Origin: Octopus vulgaris
Taxonomy: Eukaryota
Direction of reading: 5' to 3'
Assembly (NCBI GenBank): GCA_951406725.2
Contig: OX597827.1
Span: 81,468,001-81,532,000 of the forward strand
DNA length: 64,000 nt
Positions 39,368-52,890 of the stretch are shown here, one piece after another. The stretch's first letter is position 1. Every line of letters begins with the position of its first letter. The notes under the pieces were generated by a model. The model ran no database searches and was not told the origin of the DNA. It saw only the letters and a list, made by a program, of their open reading frames with translations. A program made the translations under genes and the position numbers.

Positions 39368-39921
39368 TATACATACACAAATATATGTGTGTATACATAT
39401 ATATATATATATATGTTCACACACATGCATACACATATATATACATATATATTTGTATATATATATTAGTATGGGCATGTATGTATACATCACTGTTTCA
39501 AGCTATTTCTATGACATTGTTAACTTTCTACACGTCCACATACATTGCTTATAATCATTGTCATAATGTATATATACATTTTATACCCAGCTCCCTGTTA
39601 TATATATATATATTGTACAAACACAGAGAAAAAAAAAAAAGGCGGGCAATGTATTCCTGCCCTCTCTTCTACAGAATCAGACATAAACCAAGAAGGGAGC
39701 CTCTACATTCAAATTGCTAGAAATAGCAGCTAAATCTCCCTCAGTCACATCCCATCATCTCAGACAAAACGACCACATTGCACAATGAAAGAGTGGATTT
39801 AAAAACAAAAGACAGATGCTCATTGCAAGAACGCCTTTTGGTCTGACGTCTGCTTGTTCAGGGCTGACCTGTTGCTAAGCAACAACAACAACAACAACAC
39901 CAGAAACAAACCCAAAAGGTT

Positions 39922-40028
39922 GACTGCAGCAGGATCAATAACAACAACAACAACAACAGTTACAGCCTCTGGTCCACATCTCTACTGCCACATGTTGCTA
40001 CTTGATTATCATGGATGATAGAATGGAG
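39922..40028 (+). other. Candidate leader exon of protocadherin C, ending MDDRME|GTAGGT
   Basis: Aligns by eye with 21367-21551: gactgcagcag, CAA/CAG repeats, cctctggtccacatctctactgccacat versus cctgtgatccatagccctactaccacat, then atggat...atggag|gta. Confidence 0.55.
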
Positions 40029-40128
40029 GTAGGTCAGGTTTATTGATATAATTTATCTTTAATGTAACAAATCAGTTCTTCTCTTACCTTCTCTCTCTCT
40101 GACACATACTGTCTCTATCTATCCATCA

Positions 40129-40161
<33 letters not shown>

Positions 40162-40819
40162 TCTATCTATCATCTATTTATCTGTCTGTCTGTCTGTCTG
40201 TCTATCTATTTATGTTTCTATCTATCATTGCTATTATGTTAAACTGTCGTATTTCCCAATTTGACCAAATGCTTGCAATAGCTGGTTCTTTTGCTCAAAC
40301 TATCATATCTCCAGCTTCTTCAGATGAAAACTGTCAGAGTGTAGTAGAATGGTTTAGCGCTCTTCGAAAGTGTAGTAAATCCCACATTCGACAGTTTTGA
40401 AAAAAGTATTTCTTACTGAAAATATCATACATGCATGGAGCTACGATTTTATGCACCCAACAAAGTATTATTGTTAAACTGAAATTGTTACTAATGTAAA
40501 GAGGAATGGAATGGTGAAACTATTTTTTCATTTTCTGTAAAAGCAACGTTTTGGACTTTTGCATAATAGCAACGATGTATGTATCTTTTTTTATTAATAT
40601 TATCAGAAGCAACAGAATAACTCAATGTCTAAAAGTTTCATGCATTGGCACTTATTAAACTAGTGATATATATATACATGTATATATATATATATATATA
40701 TACACGTCACATATATATAACATGATGTGCAAGCTGGGAGTGGCTTCAACAAAAAATTATTTTATATAGCCAAGATCCACCCAGCACACAACAGGGTGGA
40801 ACTAATGATAAATTAACCT

Positions 40820-41400
40820 AGTTTTCATGAATCATAATGTAGAGACCATTACAAATATAGGCAAGAATTCTTTAACATTACTTTCAAACTACACACCACA
40901 TAGACCATAAGCTGTTCAACTCACCCAATGTTAAACTTAGTCATTCCTGTCCAGACAACATAGCTTCCTAAATCAGAGACTGCAATAACCATCCAGATTC
41001 TAGACAGTCACCATCATCCAGCTTGCAACAGCTAAAATCCTTGCTTCTCTAAGTCTTATTTCAAGTGGCCAAAACTGAGGATAGTTTTAAGAAGAATTAT
41101 AAGGGCTTAACAGATAGCACTTTCAAGGGCTACTTTCTTCAATATCTTCAATGATTCAGGCTAAAGAATGGGGAAAATTCCACTCTTCTGTTACAATTCA
41201 TTAAAAAAGTTAGGGACGAGGGAATAACATGTCTTCCTTTGATGAAGCTAAGCCAGATTTTGCCTAATTGAAGAATTCCACATTTTGAATCCACGTGCAA
41301 TGTCTCTTAACTTGAAATCAGATGAATTGTCCCATTATTGCTACTGACAGAAGTTCCTTTCAGAACTCTTCTAAAATGTTCAGATGTCCTAATGTTACAA
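40820..41400 (+). mobile_element. Highly decayed Penelope-like element
   Basis: Fragments TNIGKNSLTLL, KLFNSPNVKLSHSCPDN and NYKGLTDSTFK match PLE linker and GIY-YIG patterns. Confidence 0.55.
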
Positions 41401-43195
41401 CTCAAAGAAATTACTTCTAAAACGGTTTCCTCATTGCAGAGTAATTACCCTTGAAGGCAAACATTGGGAGTTGCTTCTCTTCTTCATACACAACTTCAAC
41501 AATATTATTAATCTTCACCAATGGAAACTGAGATAAATTTTAAGTATAGGGAGATCGAGTTTGCTATCTATACACATGTGTAAATAGCATCATCATCATT
41601 TAATGCCTGTTTTCTATGCTGGCATGGCTCAGATGGTTTTACAGGAGCTGTTAAGCTGCACCAGGCTTCAGTCATCCGCTTTGGCATGGTTTCTACAGCT
41701 GGATGCCTTTCCTAACACCAACCACTCCAAGAGTGGACTGGGTGCTTTTTATGTGTTGCCAGCATGGGCGCTTTTTGTGTGATATCATGTTTGTGTGTGA
41801 GTGTGTGTATTGTGTTTAAAGTTATAACTAGCAGTTAGATATTTCTGAAGTGTGGCCCATTGGTGTCACCCTATAAATTGAAACTGAGTTCATCATATTT
41901 ACCTGTACAAACTGATTCCTATTACCTGTCTCAGTATTATAGTAGAATTATTACCATACCAGACCAAATACTTAGCAGCGATTCTTCTGGCTATTTATGT
42001 TCTGAATACAAATGTTGCCAAAGGAGACTTTGTCTTCATTTTTTCAAGGTTGATACAATAAGTACCCACTGCATACTGGGGTCAGGCTGACGTAATTGAC
42101 TTCCTTCCCCTCTCAAAACTGCTGGCTTTCTCTCAAAAATTAGAAAGCATTATTTCATCTAACTCGTATATTCCAAAACATGTTTTCATATACTTGTGGC
42201 TAGTACGTTCCATCTGCAACATGTTGTAGAATATTATAGGTTCTGTTATACACCTTGAGCCTAACTTCCTATGTGCAACAAGATAATCATATTTAGAAGA
42301 GGAAATACTCAATGTGTTTCCATTGTTGGTGCCATCTACCATTCAGATTTAAGGGTTTGGCAGTTTCTAGACCAGCAGAACCTCTTCTGATTACTTGTGG
42401 CTTCACTATTGGTTTGGCATGATGTGGTGAATCATGACGGTCAGGTTTTGGGTCTCATGGAGGTGATGACAAGTGACGAAGGTCTTTGAGGATTTGCTGT
42501 GCTTGAGAAGACTCGTCAAGCCTAGTGTAATTGTAGTCATGACCAGTGCTGGTGATGTATAAAAGGCACTCGTGCCGGTGAAGAACGGTTGGCGTTAGGA
42601 AGGGCATAAAGCTGTATAAACCAAACCAAATCAGACTGCAACTTGGTACAGCTCTCCAACTTACCAGTTCCAGTCAAACCTTCTAACCCATGCCAGCATG
42701 GAAAATGGATGCTAAATGATGATGATTGTGATAATGATGTGTATATTTCATTAAGGTACTTCAGTGATGGTTCCTTATTTTCTGTCCCTAATACAGCTTC
42801 TTGATTACATTTAGTGCCTCTTATTCAGGTGTTGAAAGAGAAACACGTTAACCTAAATTCCTTTCTTACAATTCACTTGCTGCACAGATTTTCTTCAACT
42901 CTGGCAATATGTTTCTACAACTAATTTTTGGTTTTGCAATGCTTGTTGATATCTGCAGTCTTTCCAAAATGTTTCTTGTGGACATTCTGAACAGTTACAG
43001 CTGATTCAAACTTATTTCTAGCTCAAGCGATGCTTAAGTGAGAAATTTCATTTCTGTCCCATGGGAGATTTGAAACAAGGAAATTATAGATTCAAAGTGT
43101 AACAGTTATTATGGGGGGAGAGGGGGTATGATAAGAATTTAAAGCATCCACACACACACACATTATCAATCTAATCTATGTTTCTTTTTTTCCAG

Positions 43196-44100
43196 AGATG
43201 ACCTCACAGCTGAACCCATCTGACCCAACTCTACAAATCTTATATTCTCAAATGTGTTTCCTACACCTTTATTTAGGGAACATTGCAGCTGACTTCTCAC
43301 TAAGCAATAATGTTGAGTTCCAGGGTTCAAATCATGGTACATCTCACCAATTTCACCATCAACATGGACAGACACATCACACCCTTCCTTGCTCAATGAA
43401 ACAGTATTATGAACTCAGCCCCACCTCCCCACCTCATGCTTTTGTGCCTCACTTCCATCTCTTAAAAACAACATTAATGCTTTAAATAAATATGTCACTA
43501 AAACTTGGAAGCTGTGTGCTGATCAGAGGAGGTTTTGGGACAACCTTCCTCTCCCCTGTCTGTGCATTTAAAGGAGATTTCTTTTTTCCACTGTGGTCAA
43601 GGATTCTGGTAGCCCAGTGTTGTCAGCCACAACTACTGTGTCTTTGTCATTAAGGGTCACTAACAAGACATCAGCACCGATGCCGACTGTCCACTTAGAG
43701 AAGAACAGAACACTGGACGTACTATTATTGATTATCCTTGTAGTAGCAGCTGTAATAGTAGCTGTGGTGATTGTAGTGTCGATCACACTGTGTATTGTGA
43801 AATGTAGCAGTGGTCAGTCTCGCTCTGCCAAGAGCACTAGGAAAGGTGTTAATAGGTCAGCTATATGTAACAGAATTGATCAACCTTTACCATGTCAGAG
43901 CAGCAGTATTCCTGGTACCCCAGTGAGGTACTCTTCTGAGATGAATAATAGAAACATGCCATTTGTGGAATGTAAGGAAGATTTCTACCCGCAGTTTGAA
44001 ACACAACATGTGCCCTGCAAGAAAAGATATCTAGTTGTGACAGAGGTCAATGTAGGCTAACACAGGTATGCCAGAAGAAAAGAGACCCAGTTATGACAGA
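43196..44100 (+). pseudogene. Protocadherin copy C pseudogene: eroded EC1 remnants joined to a 409-bp near-exact copy of the EC6-end/TM/tail segment
   Basis: Acceptor tttctttttttccag ends at 43195; YLGNIAAD at ~43270; VTKTWKLCA at ~43494 (cf. VTKDGKLYT). 43592-44000 matches 4309-4717 with 5 differences by eye. EC2-EC5 are absent. Confidence 0.8.
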
Positions 44101-44204
44101 GGTAAATATTCATAAAATATTTCAAATATCTTCATTTTATTCATTTAATGTTGCCATTTCTGTGTTGAAGTAAAACCTCTTCCCTTACACCCGACTGCAT
44201 TTTA

Positions 44205-44390
44205 GCCTACCCTTATGTTAACCCAAATAATGTCCATGTTACCCTACTTTAGTTTCATGTTACCCCATACTATGTTACTGATACCCCATGCTCGTTTTAT
44301 GTTATCCCATACATTCTTACTGTTAGACCAGTCTGACTGTTATGTTAACCCAATTTTCATTATCCCACATTAGTTTTAGATTATCCCAAA
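44205..44390. repeat. Degenerate minisatellite with core atgtta(c/a/t)cccat
   Basis: Core recurs about 8 times at irregular ~15-30-nt spacing. Confidence 0.55.
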
Positions 44391-44534
44391 GATTTCTTTG
44401 ACTATTTTGCACTTGTGCCATTTCTTGTAATCCTATTGATGAATATATGTCCTCTTTAATCATATATATATATATATATACACACACACATATATGTATC
44501 TATGTGTGTGTGTATATCTGTGCATGTATTTGTG

Positions 44535-44585
<51 letters not shown>

Positions 44586-45409
44586 GTGTGTGTGTATGTA
44601 TACACATACATATCAGAGGTGACTCCAGGTCATCAGCATCACTCGGGCTCATCACAGATTTTGCATAAGACACATGTAGAAAAGGAAGTAAGAGACATGA
44701 TGCACACTGCAAACTTACATGTGCACTGATAGTTCAACAATAAGACAAATATAGTTTTAATATGTCTTTCTCCATTTCTAAGAACAGCAATCAAATAATG
44801 ACACTAGGGTGCACAACAAACATCACCTGTCTGACTGTCACCTGTACTCTTGACAACAGATGCCAGTTAGTCTTCTACACCTACCAGACTCACTTGTATT
44901 AACTCGAGTTGCTGGATAATTTTTCGTTTAAGAATATTGTAGAACGGAAACTTTTCACAGATTAGAATTTAAATCCTAATCTCTATAGAAATTTATTGTC
45001 TCAGGAAAAAACTGAATTTGAATTACTTTTAATTTTTACGATTATAGATAACAACTCGGGCTGTAACTTCTGAGACTGAGTCAGGCACATGTGAATGATG
45101 TCGAGAGAACGTCTGCTGTGAATGATATTTTTTGATACAGGGCACCTCTAGACGACCACCAGAGGCTGACCGAAAATAAATGAACTGTGACCAGGCTCAA
45201 TCAAAGGAGCCCAAGTTATTGGCTGCAGTTACACACTTGAAGCCAGTGTTGGCAGAAATGAAATCAGCTTGAAAATACACGTTCACTTCACTAGATTTAT
45301 GCTCCAGCTAAGCCTGAACAACCCAAGTGCTGGAGTCACCACTGATACACACACACACACACACACACACGTATATATATATACATACACACATAAATAT
45401 ATACATAAG

Positions 45410-45750
45410 TATATACTACAAAATTAGAGAATGGAGAAACATACTTAAATCAATAAAACATCAACTATCCGATGATACCCAATCAATACTTTAATACACC
45501 ATTACATATGAGTAGAGGCATTATACAAAAAGAGATATACATTAATAGTAGAAAGATAAAGAGATATAAGTAAAAAATTTCAAATATAATATGCAATTAA
45601 TCAAAACTGACAGCTGTTTTGGCAGTGAGGGCAGTCATACCTCATTTAACCTATAAGCCATAAAGGCAGGTATAAATGAGGCATTAACAAGGATGCCCCA
45701 CGGCCTCTTCAGAGAATTAAATTAAATTTGTTATAATTGTGAAAAATATT
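45410..45750 (-). mobile_element. Penelope-type terminal repeat with an inactivated hammerhead motif (45600-45720)
   Basis: Minus strand: CUGAAGA GGCCGUGGGGCA...UGCCCUCACUGCC AAAAC AGCU GUC (G12 to A). The end tactacaaaattagagaatggag is shared with ~7048-7070. Confidence 0.6.
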
Positions 45751-45822
45751 ATATATTACATAAGTATATATATATGTATGTACATATATGCATGCATGTA
45801 TATGTGTGTGCGTGTATGTATT

Positions 45823-45887
<65 letters not shown>

Positions 45888-45921
45888 TATATATATGTGT
45901 ATGTCCTCTTTAATATTTCAG

Positions 45922-46023
45922 GTATCAACTGGACCAAAGCAATCTCTTCTACTCGACACACACTGCAACACAGGACACATTCTAAATATTAATAAATTAA
46001 GATTTAGATGCAGGTATATGTAA
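45922..46023 (+). pseudogene. Possible diverged terminal exon of copy C (VSTGPKQ...)
   Basis: tttcag|GTATCAACTGGACCAAAG resembles tttcag|TTACCAACTCGAATCAAA (12 of 18 nt) and sits in the equivalent position after the copy C remnant. Confidence 0.35.
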
Positions 46024-46272
46024 GCAACACATGTAAATGCAAATACACATACGTGCTCATTAAACACTTGCATACACACACTCACATATTCAACCCACCA
46101 TCACACACACACACACACACAGACATGTATGTATATTTGCAGCACCCAGAAACAGCCCAGATTAGGGCAAAACTCAGACAAACTGTCAACTTTTTTATAC
46201 AATAAGTATATGTGTGTTTGTGTGAAGGTGTATCTACATTAATATACATAAATATTGATGTGTGTGTGTATG

Positions 46273-46320
<48 letters not shown>

Positions 46321-46360
46321 TATACACATAAACATATATGTATATAGAAGCATATGTATG

Positions 46361-46404
<44 letters not shown>

Positions 46405-46540
46405 TGTATGTGTGCATGTGTATTATTTTACAAGCAGATTCCATTCTGATGATGCCAACCAATTTAGTTGCTTCTCACAGCATGCAGGGATACAGTATAC
46501 CAATTGTAACACCAATGTACAAACACTGGTTTTATGTTTA

Positions 46541-46582
<42 letters not shown>

Positions 46583-47405
46583 AACCTATATATATATATT
46601 ATATAAATATATATATACATATATATAAACATTTATATATTTATATTTATATTACATAATGGTACTTTAAATGATTGTTTTTTTTTTATAATTCTAAATA
46701 TTTCATTGTATATTAGCAATTTTGAGATGTAAAAAGTAAAAAAAAAAAACCACCTTCGTGAGTTGAAACATACAATTGTCACGTCTCTGTTACTGACCAC
46801 AATATATGTGCATATTCATAAATACATAGAGACATGCATGTATATATATATATGCATATAGCAAGAGAAAAAGAGGGAAAGAGAGATAGAGAGAGTGAGA
46901 ATGATATCTTTGTATGAATATATATGTAATATATATATATATGAATATCTGTAAATGATAATTATGACTATATATAGACATATAAATGTATATGTGTGTA
47001 TATATGTTAGCACTGTTTCCATAACTGTTTCACTATCAATGAATTAAAGTCGTTTATTCGTTATTTGTTCAACTGTTTAATTTTAATATCAAAGTCTATA
47101 CGATAACCTCTATTTGTCTTTCCAGTTATCTCAACATCAATGTGGTAGAGATTGTCTCCCCTTGCTTGGTTATATATTATTATATAAGAATGTAATAAAA
47201 AAAACATCTTAACTCCCCGCCCCCACCCCACTGCAAACTGTTGGCTTTCTTCATGAATTAACTGTTTGTGGAAGTAAAGGGCAGATAATTCCAGGCTTCT
47301 GGGATGACAACAATCTGATATACCAGTCATGCATGCCAAACATACAAAACAGACGAAATTTAAATCAAAAATAAGCATGACCTTCAAAAGCATGTCTATA
47401 TATAT

Positions 47406-47449
<44 letters not shown>

Positions 47450-50400
47450 CATATAAAAATGTATATGTATATATATATATTTGAAAATGTCTGTTAATAA
47501 AAGCATCAAAACTTATCTGTGTCTGTGTTAATTTCATTAAATATATTTGTGTGTGAACTGTGTTAAAAAGAAGTTCATGTTTGACTTTTTTACTCCCTTT
47601 TTGTTGAAGATCATTCATATTTTCTCATTAGTCCTTGATACAATAAGTCGGAATCAAAGCAACGTGATGATGTTGTGGTGGAGGACAGAGAAGATATCCG
47701 AAATGGCTTACCTGACTGCAGTGGAGCTAATCTCAACACCAATGACAGCAATTTGCGAAACGATTTGTTGAATCATTCTGTTTTTCCTTTATCGTTTTCA
47801 CGATTCTGTGTTTTATGCTTTAAGTAACAAAAGAATTCAGCTTCAGTCAAAGAGAAATGAAACAATCTTCCTCACCTCATCACCTAGCCACAACAACAAC
47901 AACAACAAGCATAAATTATCTTCATGATGTCAACTCTTCTCAGATGTGACCACCCTGTTTAAATGACCTTAAATAAAGCAACCAAAGATATTGGTTTGTG
48001 TATCACAGTCTCCAAGAGTGTCTACATTTGATATAATGAAGAGTGATGGAGTGGGGGTGGGGGCAGAAAAAAGCAGTCAACCATTACCTGTTGTAATATA
48101 GCATTGAGAGAGGCAAAAGAGAGAGAAAATGGTCTGCTGAAATCATGGCAGCTTCAGTGTCATTCGGGTGTTTGTCACTTGAGAACATTCTTGATGCCAC
48201 TGAAGAATTAGTGCTATTGCATGAATCCACTGTTTGGACAGTGACCAGATACGCAGAAGCAAGGCCGAGGCATGATGGCACTTACAGCTATGGCTGTGTG
48301 GTAAGAAGCTTGCTTTCCAACCAAATGGTTTCAGGTTCAGTTCCACTGGGTGACACCTTGGGCAAGTGTCTTCCACCATAGCTTCGAGCTGATTTTTGTA
48401 GAGGGAAATTGAAAGAAGCCTGTCAAATATGTACATGTGTGTGTAACTTTGTATCTGTGTTTGTCACCCCAACCAGTGTTGGTGTGTTTATGTTCCTGTA
48501 ACAGTAGTTTGGCAAAAGAGATTGATAGAATAAGTACCAAGCTTAAATAAAAAGTCTTGGGGGTCAATTCATTCAACTAAAAACTCTTCAAGGATGTGCT
48601 CCAGCATGGCTGCAGTGAAACAATTAAAAGATAAAAGATAATTAAAAGATGAATATTTCATGTGAAAAAAATGAAACATTCACCTAAAGACTGGATTGTT
48701 ACACTCACTGATGTCATGAGGGGGAGAGAGAGAAGAGAGATAGGGGAGAGGAGAGAGAGGGAGAGAGGAGTGAGAGGGGAAGAAAAGAGAGAGAGAGGGG
48801 GGAGAAAAAAGAGAGAGAGAGAGAGATGCATGTGATGTGTTTCATTGGACATTTCTACAAAACTAAGCAGCATTTTGTTTTGAGTCCTTCTCACAGACAA
48901 CAGCCAGACACGAACAGAAATTGGTCAGCATCACAACAGGAAAGAAACTTTCGTTGACTTTCGACAATATATTGGTTGATGGGCATGGATGGAATATCTT
49001 TAACACCAGGTCTACTGGATCAGGTTTGACCTGGGACTAAGCAACACTACACACAATATCAACCACAAGAAGCTAGTGTGTGGGTGGGTGTGTATTTATA
49101 AATCGATCTGGCAGACTGTGATAGGTAGATGTATTGAAGCATCAGAGGAGGGAGGGGCATGGCAGGAGTTGGTTTGTGGTAAAGTGTGCTCCTTTGATTG
49201 GTTGGTGATCAGGTGACCTGACATGATGAATATGAAGGAAAAAGATTGATCAAGAATATATCTTAGGTTGGTCATTCTGCCATGGATATGGACAACTGAT
49301 GGTACTAATTGGTGGTGGTCATTTACGGATGACAAATGGCTCAGCCTGTTTATTGGGAAAGTGAAATGGCAATAAAGTGTGAGTGGAGTGTAAGTGACGT
49401 GTGATTAAACAGCAAGTTTTCACTCTGTCATGGAGATCTTTTAGTTGATGGATAATAAAGATAATCATCATCATTGTTTAATGTCTGTTTTCCATGCTGG
49501 CATGAGTTGGACAGCTCGACTGGGGTCTGAGAAGCCAGGAGGCTGCATCAGGCTCCAGTCTGATCTGGCAGTGTTTCTACTGCTGGATACTCTTCCTAGT
49601 TCCAACAACTCCGAGAGTGTAGTGAGTGCTTTTTACGTGCCACCGGCATAGGGGCCAGAGGAGTCTAGCAACGACCACGATCAGTTGCTGCTTTTACGTT
49701 CCACTGGCACGGAAGCCAGTCAAGGTGGCACTTGCATTGGCCATGTTTGGATGGTGTTTTTTGCGTGCCACTGGCATGGGGATCACAACTACAATTTCCA
49801 TATGATTTTGATTTTGATATACTTGACTCAATAGGTTTCATCAAGCACAGCATGTCGCCCTAGCACAGATAATGAAGATATCAATTCCATTCATTTAATT
49901 CTTGTACATATCATCTGCACCACTGGTACTGACTGGTCAAGTGGCTGTCAGTCTAAATGTTTATTGGTGTTAAAAAAAAAATTTAATATGAGGAAGATAA
50001 TATGAGGAACTTCAAAGAAATGGTAGTTTACTATTGCAATCCCAGTGCTATGATTGAAGGGAAGAATGGGGGTGTAAAAGAAATGGATACAGAGATGAAA
50101 GTTGAAAGGAACTAAAATAAAAGAATACAAAAAAAATGTGTAGGGAGTGTGAACTAAAAGAGAAGCCCGAAGGTTTTGTGCACCAGAACAGTAATCAAGT
50201 CCAGAATATCATGTCATCCTGAAATGAGATTAACATTACAGTAAAATTAAATTGTTTGCAGCAGTTAAGAAACGAATGATTGGTTGGATACATTAGAAAT
50301 AATTTGGGAAGGAGTTGAGACAATAAAAACGGTAACTATGCAAAAAATGCTACTTAGCTAAATAAAATTTTAAGAAACTTTCATTTAATGGGAGCTTCTA

Positions 50401-50479
50401 TTAAGCGCAAAATAAAGTTACCCAACCCACTTTGTATGGAAGTGTATCACTTATAATCAACCATGAATTGAGTAATTCA

Positions 50480-50780
50480 TACAAGGGTGAGTCAAAAGGT
50501 AATGCCATTTTGTTTAGGACGGGTATAATTACAAACACAGGAACATGTATCATACATCAAAATGAAGCTGGTCCTCTGTGGATCACATCCCTACTTCTCA
50601 ACATAGTCACCATTTCTCTCAATAGCAATGTTCCTTTGAATGAGAGCATGTATTCCTGCCCCATAAAATTGTGTTGACCGTTCTTTTAGCCACTTCTTCA
50701 CTACAGTTTTCACTTCCTCATCACTGGAATGTTTGCCTTTCAAACCCTCTTTCATGGGGCTGAAGAGATGATAGTCTGAA
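50480..50780 (-). mobile_element. Mariner 3' end relic
   Basis: Minus strand ends IAIERNGDYVEK*; TIR-like tacaagggtgagtcaaaa at ~50480. Confidence 0.6.
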
Positions 50781-51623
50781 TCAACCCTAGTACATATATT
50801 TTTAAAACGTGGTACTTATTCTATTGGTCCCTTTTACTGAACTGTTAAGTTACAGGGATATAAACACACCAACATTGGTTGTCAAGTGGCCGATTCTTGT
50901 ACACTGATCTTTTATGAAATAATCAATTCACCGAAAAACTTTTGAAGTAGTGCCATGGTGATGTACTGGATGAAAAAAATCAGTGGAGAGACTTTTTGAA
51001 CACCCTAGGCTTCTTTCAGTTTTCATCCACTAAATCCACCCACAAGGTTTTGGTCAGCCTGAGGCTATAGTAGAAGACACTCGCCCACGGTATTATACAG
51101 TGAGACTGAACCCAGAACCATGTGGTTGGAAAGCAAGCTTTTAACCATACAGCTTTGACTGAGGTCCCATTCCTCAAAATACCAGGTTTGAGCCTGGGTA
51201 TTTGAAGGAAACACAAGGGTTATTTAAACAATTTGCCTCATTAACTGTGAAATTATCTTGGTTACTCATTATGTAGGCTTTTGTTTCCTTCTTCATAGTT
51301 CCACAGCCTCTGTGATGAGTTTTCACATTGCTAAACATATTACTGCAATAATTAATATCACCTTGTTAATAACTGTTACATCTGTATTCCAATGACAATA
51401 ATCCTCTGACCTTTCAATAATTTCACATTACTATTCTTGGGAATGTAGCAGATCTTTCCAGCTTATCCTGTTTTAGCAAAAGCTGCATTATAATATTTGA
51501 TATTCTGAGAGAGAAATCTCTTCATTAGCAGAAAACCTTGATATTCTACATGAAGCATTCCTGAGAAATGGTTTGTAGTAGTCTCATTAATTATTTTGGA
51601 GATTTTGATAATTTTATATATAT

Positions 51624-52010
51624 ACTAGCAGTATCGCCCAGCATTGCTCGGGTTTGTTTTGACCCTTTAGAATTGGAATTTTTGAAAGTAAAAATTTTGC
51701 CTTATGTAGCTTGTTATTCTCTTTAAGTGAACATTTTTCTGGTTGAAATACACCGAAAAATGGCGACACAGCAGCCAAAACATCGTAAAAAAGAGGGATT
51801 TTCATAGAAAAAAAAAAGCACCTTTTTGATGTAAATAATTTTTGGTGTTAACATGGTCCAATTTGAATTTTTTCTTCTAAAGAAGGAAGAGCAAGCCTTC
51901 TTCTATCGTACTCTCAATTTTGGTCAACTTGCACCGCAGGGTCTCGGAGGAGATAGTGTTAGTTGAAGGCTACCAAACCTGCCATACACAGACAACTTCA
52001 GCTTTATATA
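51624..52010 (+). mobile_element. Non-autonomous Helitron/Helentron-like repeat in (TA)n
   Basis: actagcagtatcgcccagcattgctcgggt start hairpin; CpG-rich; TA runs on both sides. Class is inferred. Confidence 0.45.
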
Positions 52011-52579
52011 TATATATATATATATATAAATGAACATGTAAATTGATGAAATGGGTTCCATTAACTATTGAAATGGTCACAACAGCTTAAAGATATTTAA
52101 TACCTTCATCTGCTTTGCTTCGTTTGTCTACAGTTCATGGGGGTGCATATGTGGCTGTGTGGTTAGAAGTTTGCTTCTTATCCACATGATCCTGGGTTCA
52201 GTCCCACTGTGTGTCCCCTTGGGCAAATGTTTTCTGTCTTCTACCAAAGCCTCAGGTTGATCAAAGCCTTGTGAGCTGGATTTGGTAAACAGAAATTGAA
52301 AGTAGCTCATCGCATGTGTGTGTGTCCCCCCCATTGCTTGACAACTGTTGTTGGTGTGTTTACATCCCCGTAACTTTGCAGTTTACCAAAAGAGACTAAC
52401 ATAATAATTACCAAGCAGGAATTAGGCCACTATTCCTTTATTGAACAATTTCATTTCAAACAATTGAAGAAAGGAGGGAATTTATGGAGGGAATTCTTCC
52501 TCTGTTTTATCAAAACAGAAAAAAGTATTTCAAAAACATTTCTTTTTCAAATGAAAACATTTTTGTCACCCCAGACAGC

Positions 52580-52890
52580 TGAATGGTGTGGTGGTGGTCT
52601 TGTGTCATTATAGGCAAATGGTGGGTGGTAGTAGTGGTCTAATGCTGAGGTGGTGATGGTATGATTGTGTAATGGCCATCTAAATGTGTGGTGGTCTTAT
52701 TGTGTATGGAGGGGGTCTAATTGTGCTGTGCTGGTCTAATTCTGTGTGTGAGTGTGTGTGTGTGGGGTCTAATTAAGTTGTGCTGGTCTAATAGTGTGGT
52801 GGGGGTTTAATTTTGTATGTGTGTGGTGGGGTAGTAGTGTAATGCTGTGTTGCTCTAACATTATGGTGTTGTGGTGTAATGGTGGTGCCC
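52580..52890. repeat. Degenerate GT-rich minisatellite with core ggtctaat
   Basis: ggtctaat or close variants recur about 10 times. Confidence 0.6.

Noticed and set aside
44205-44390. Repeat-spacer look resembling a CRISPR array (also 52580-52890 and 62940-63240)
   Set aside because: Units are degenerate and irregularly spaced, the spacers are self-similar, there are no cas genes, and the context is eukaryotic.
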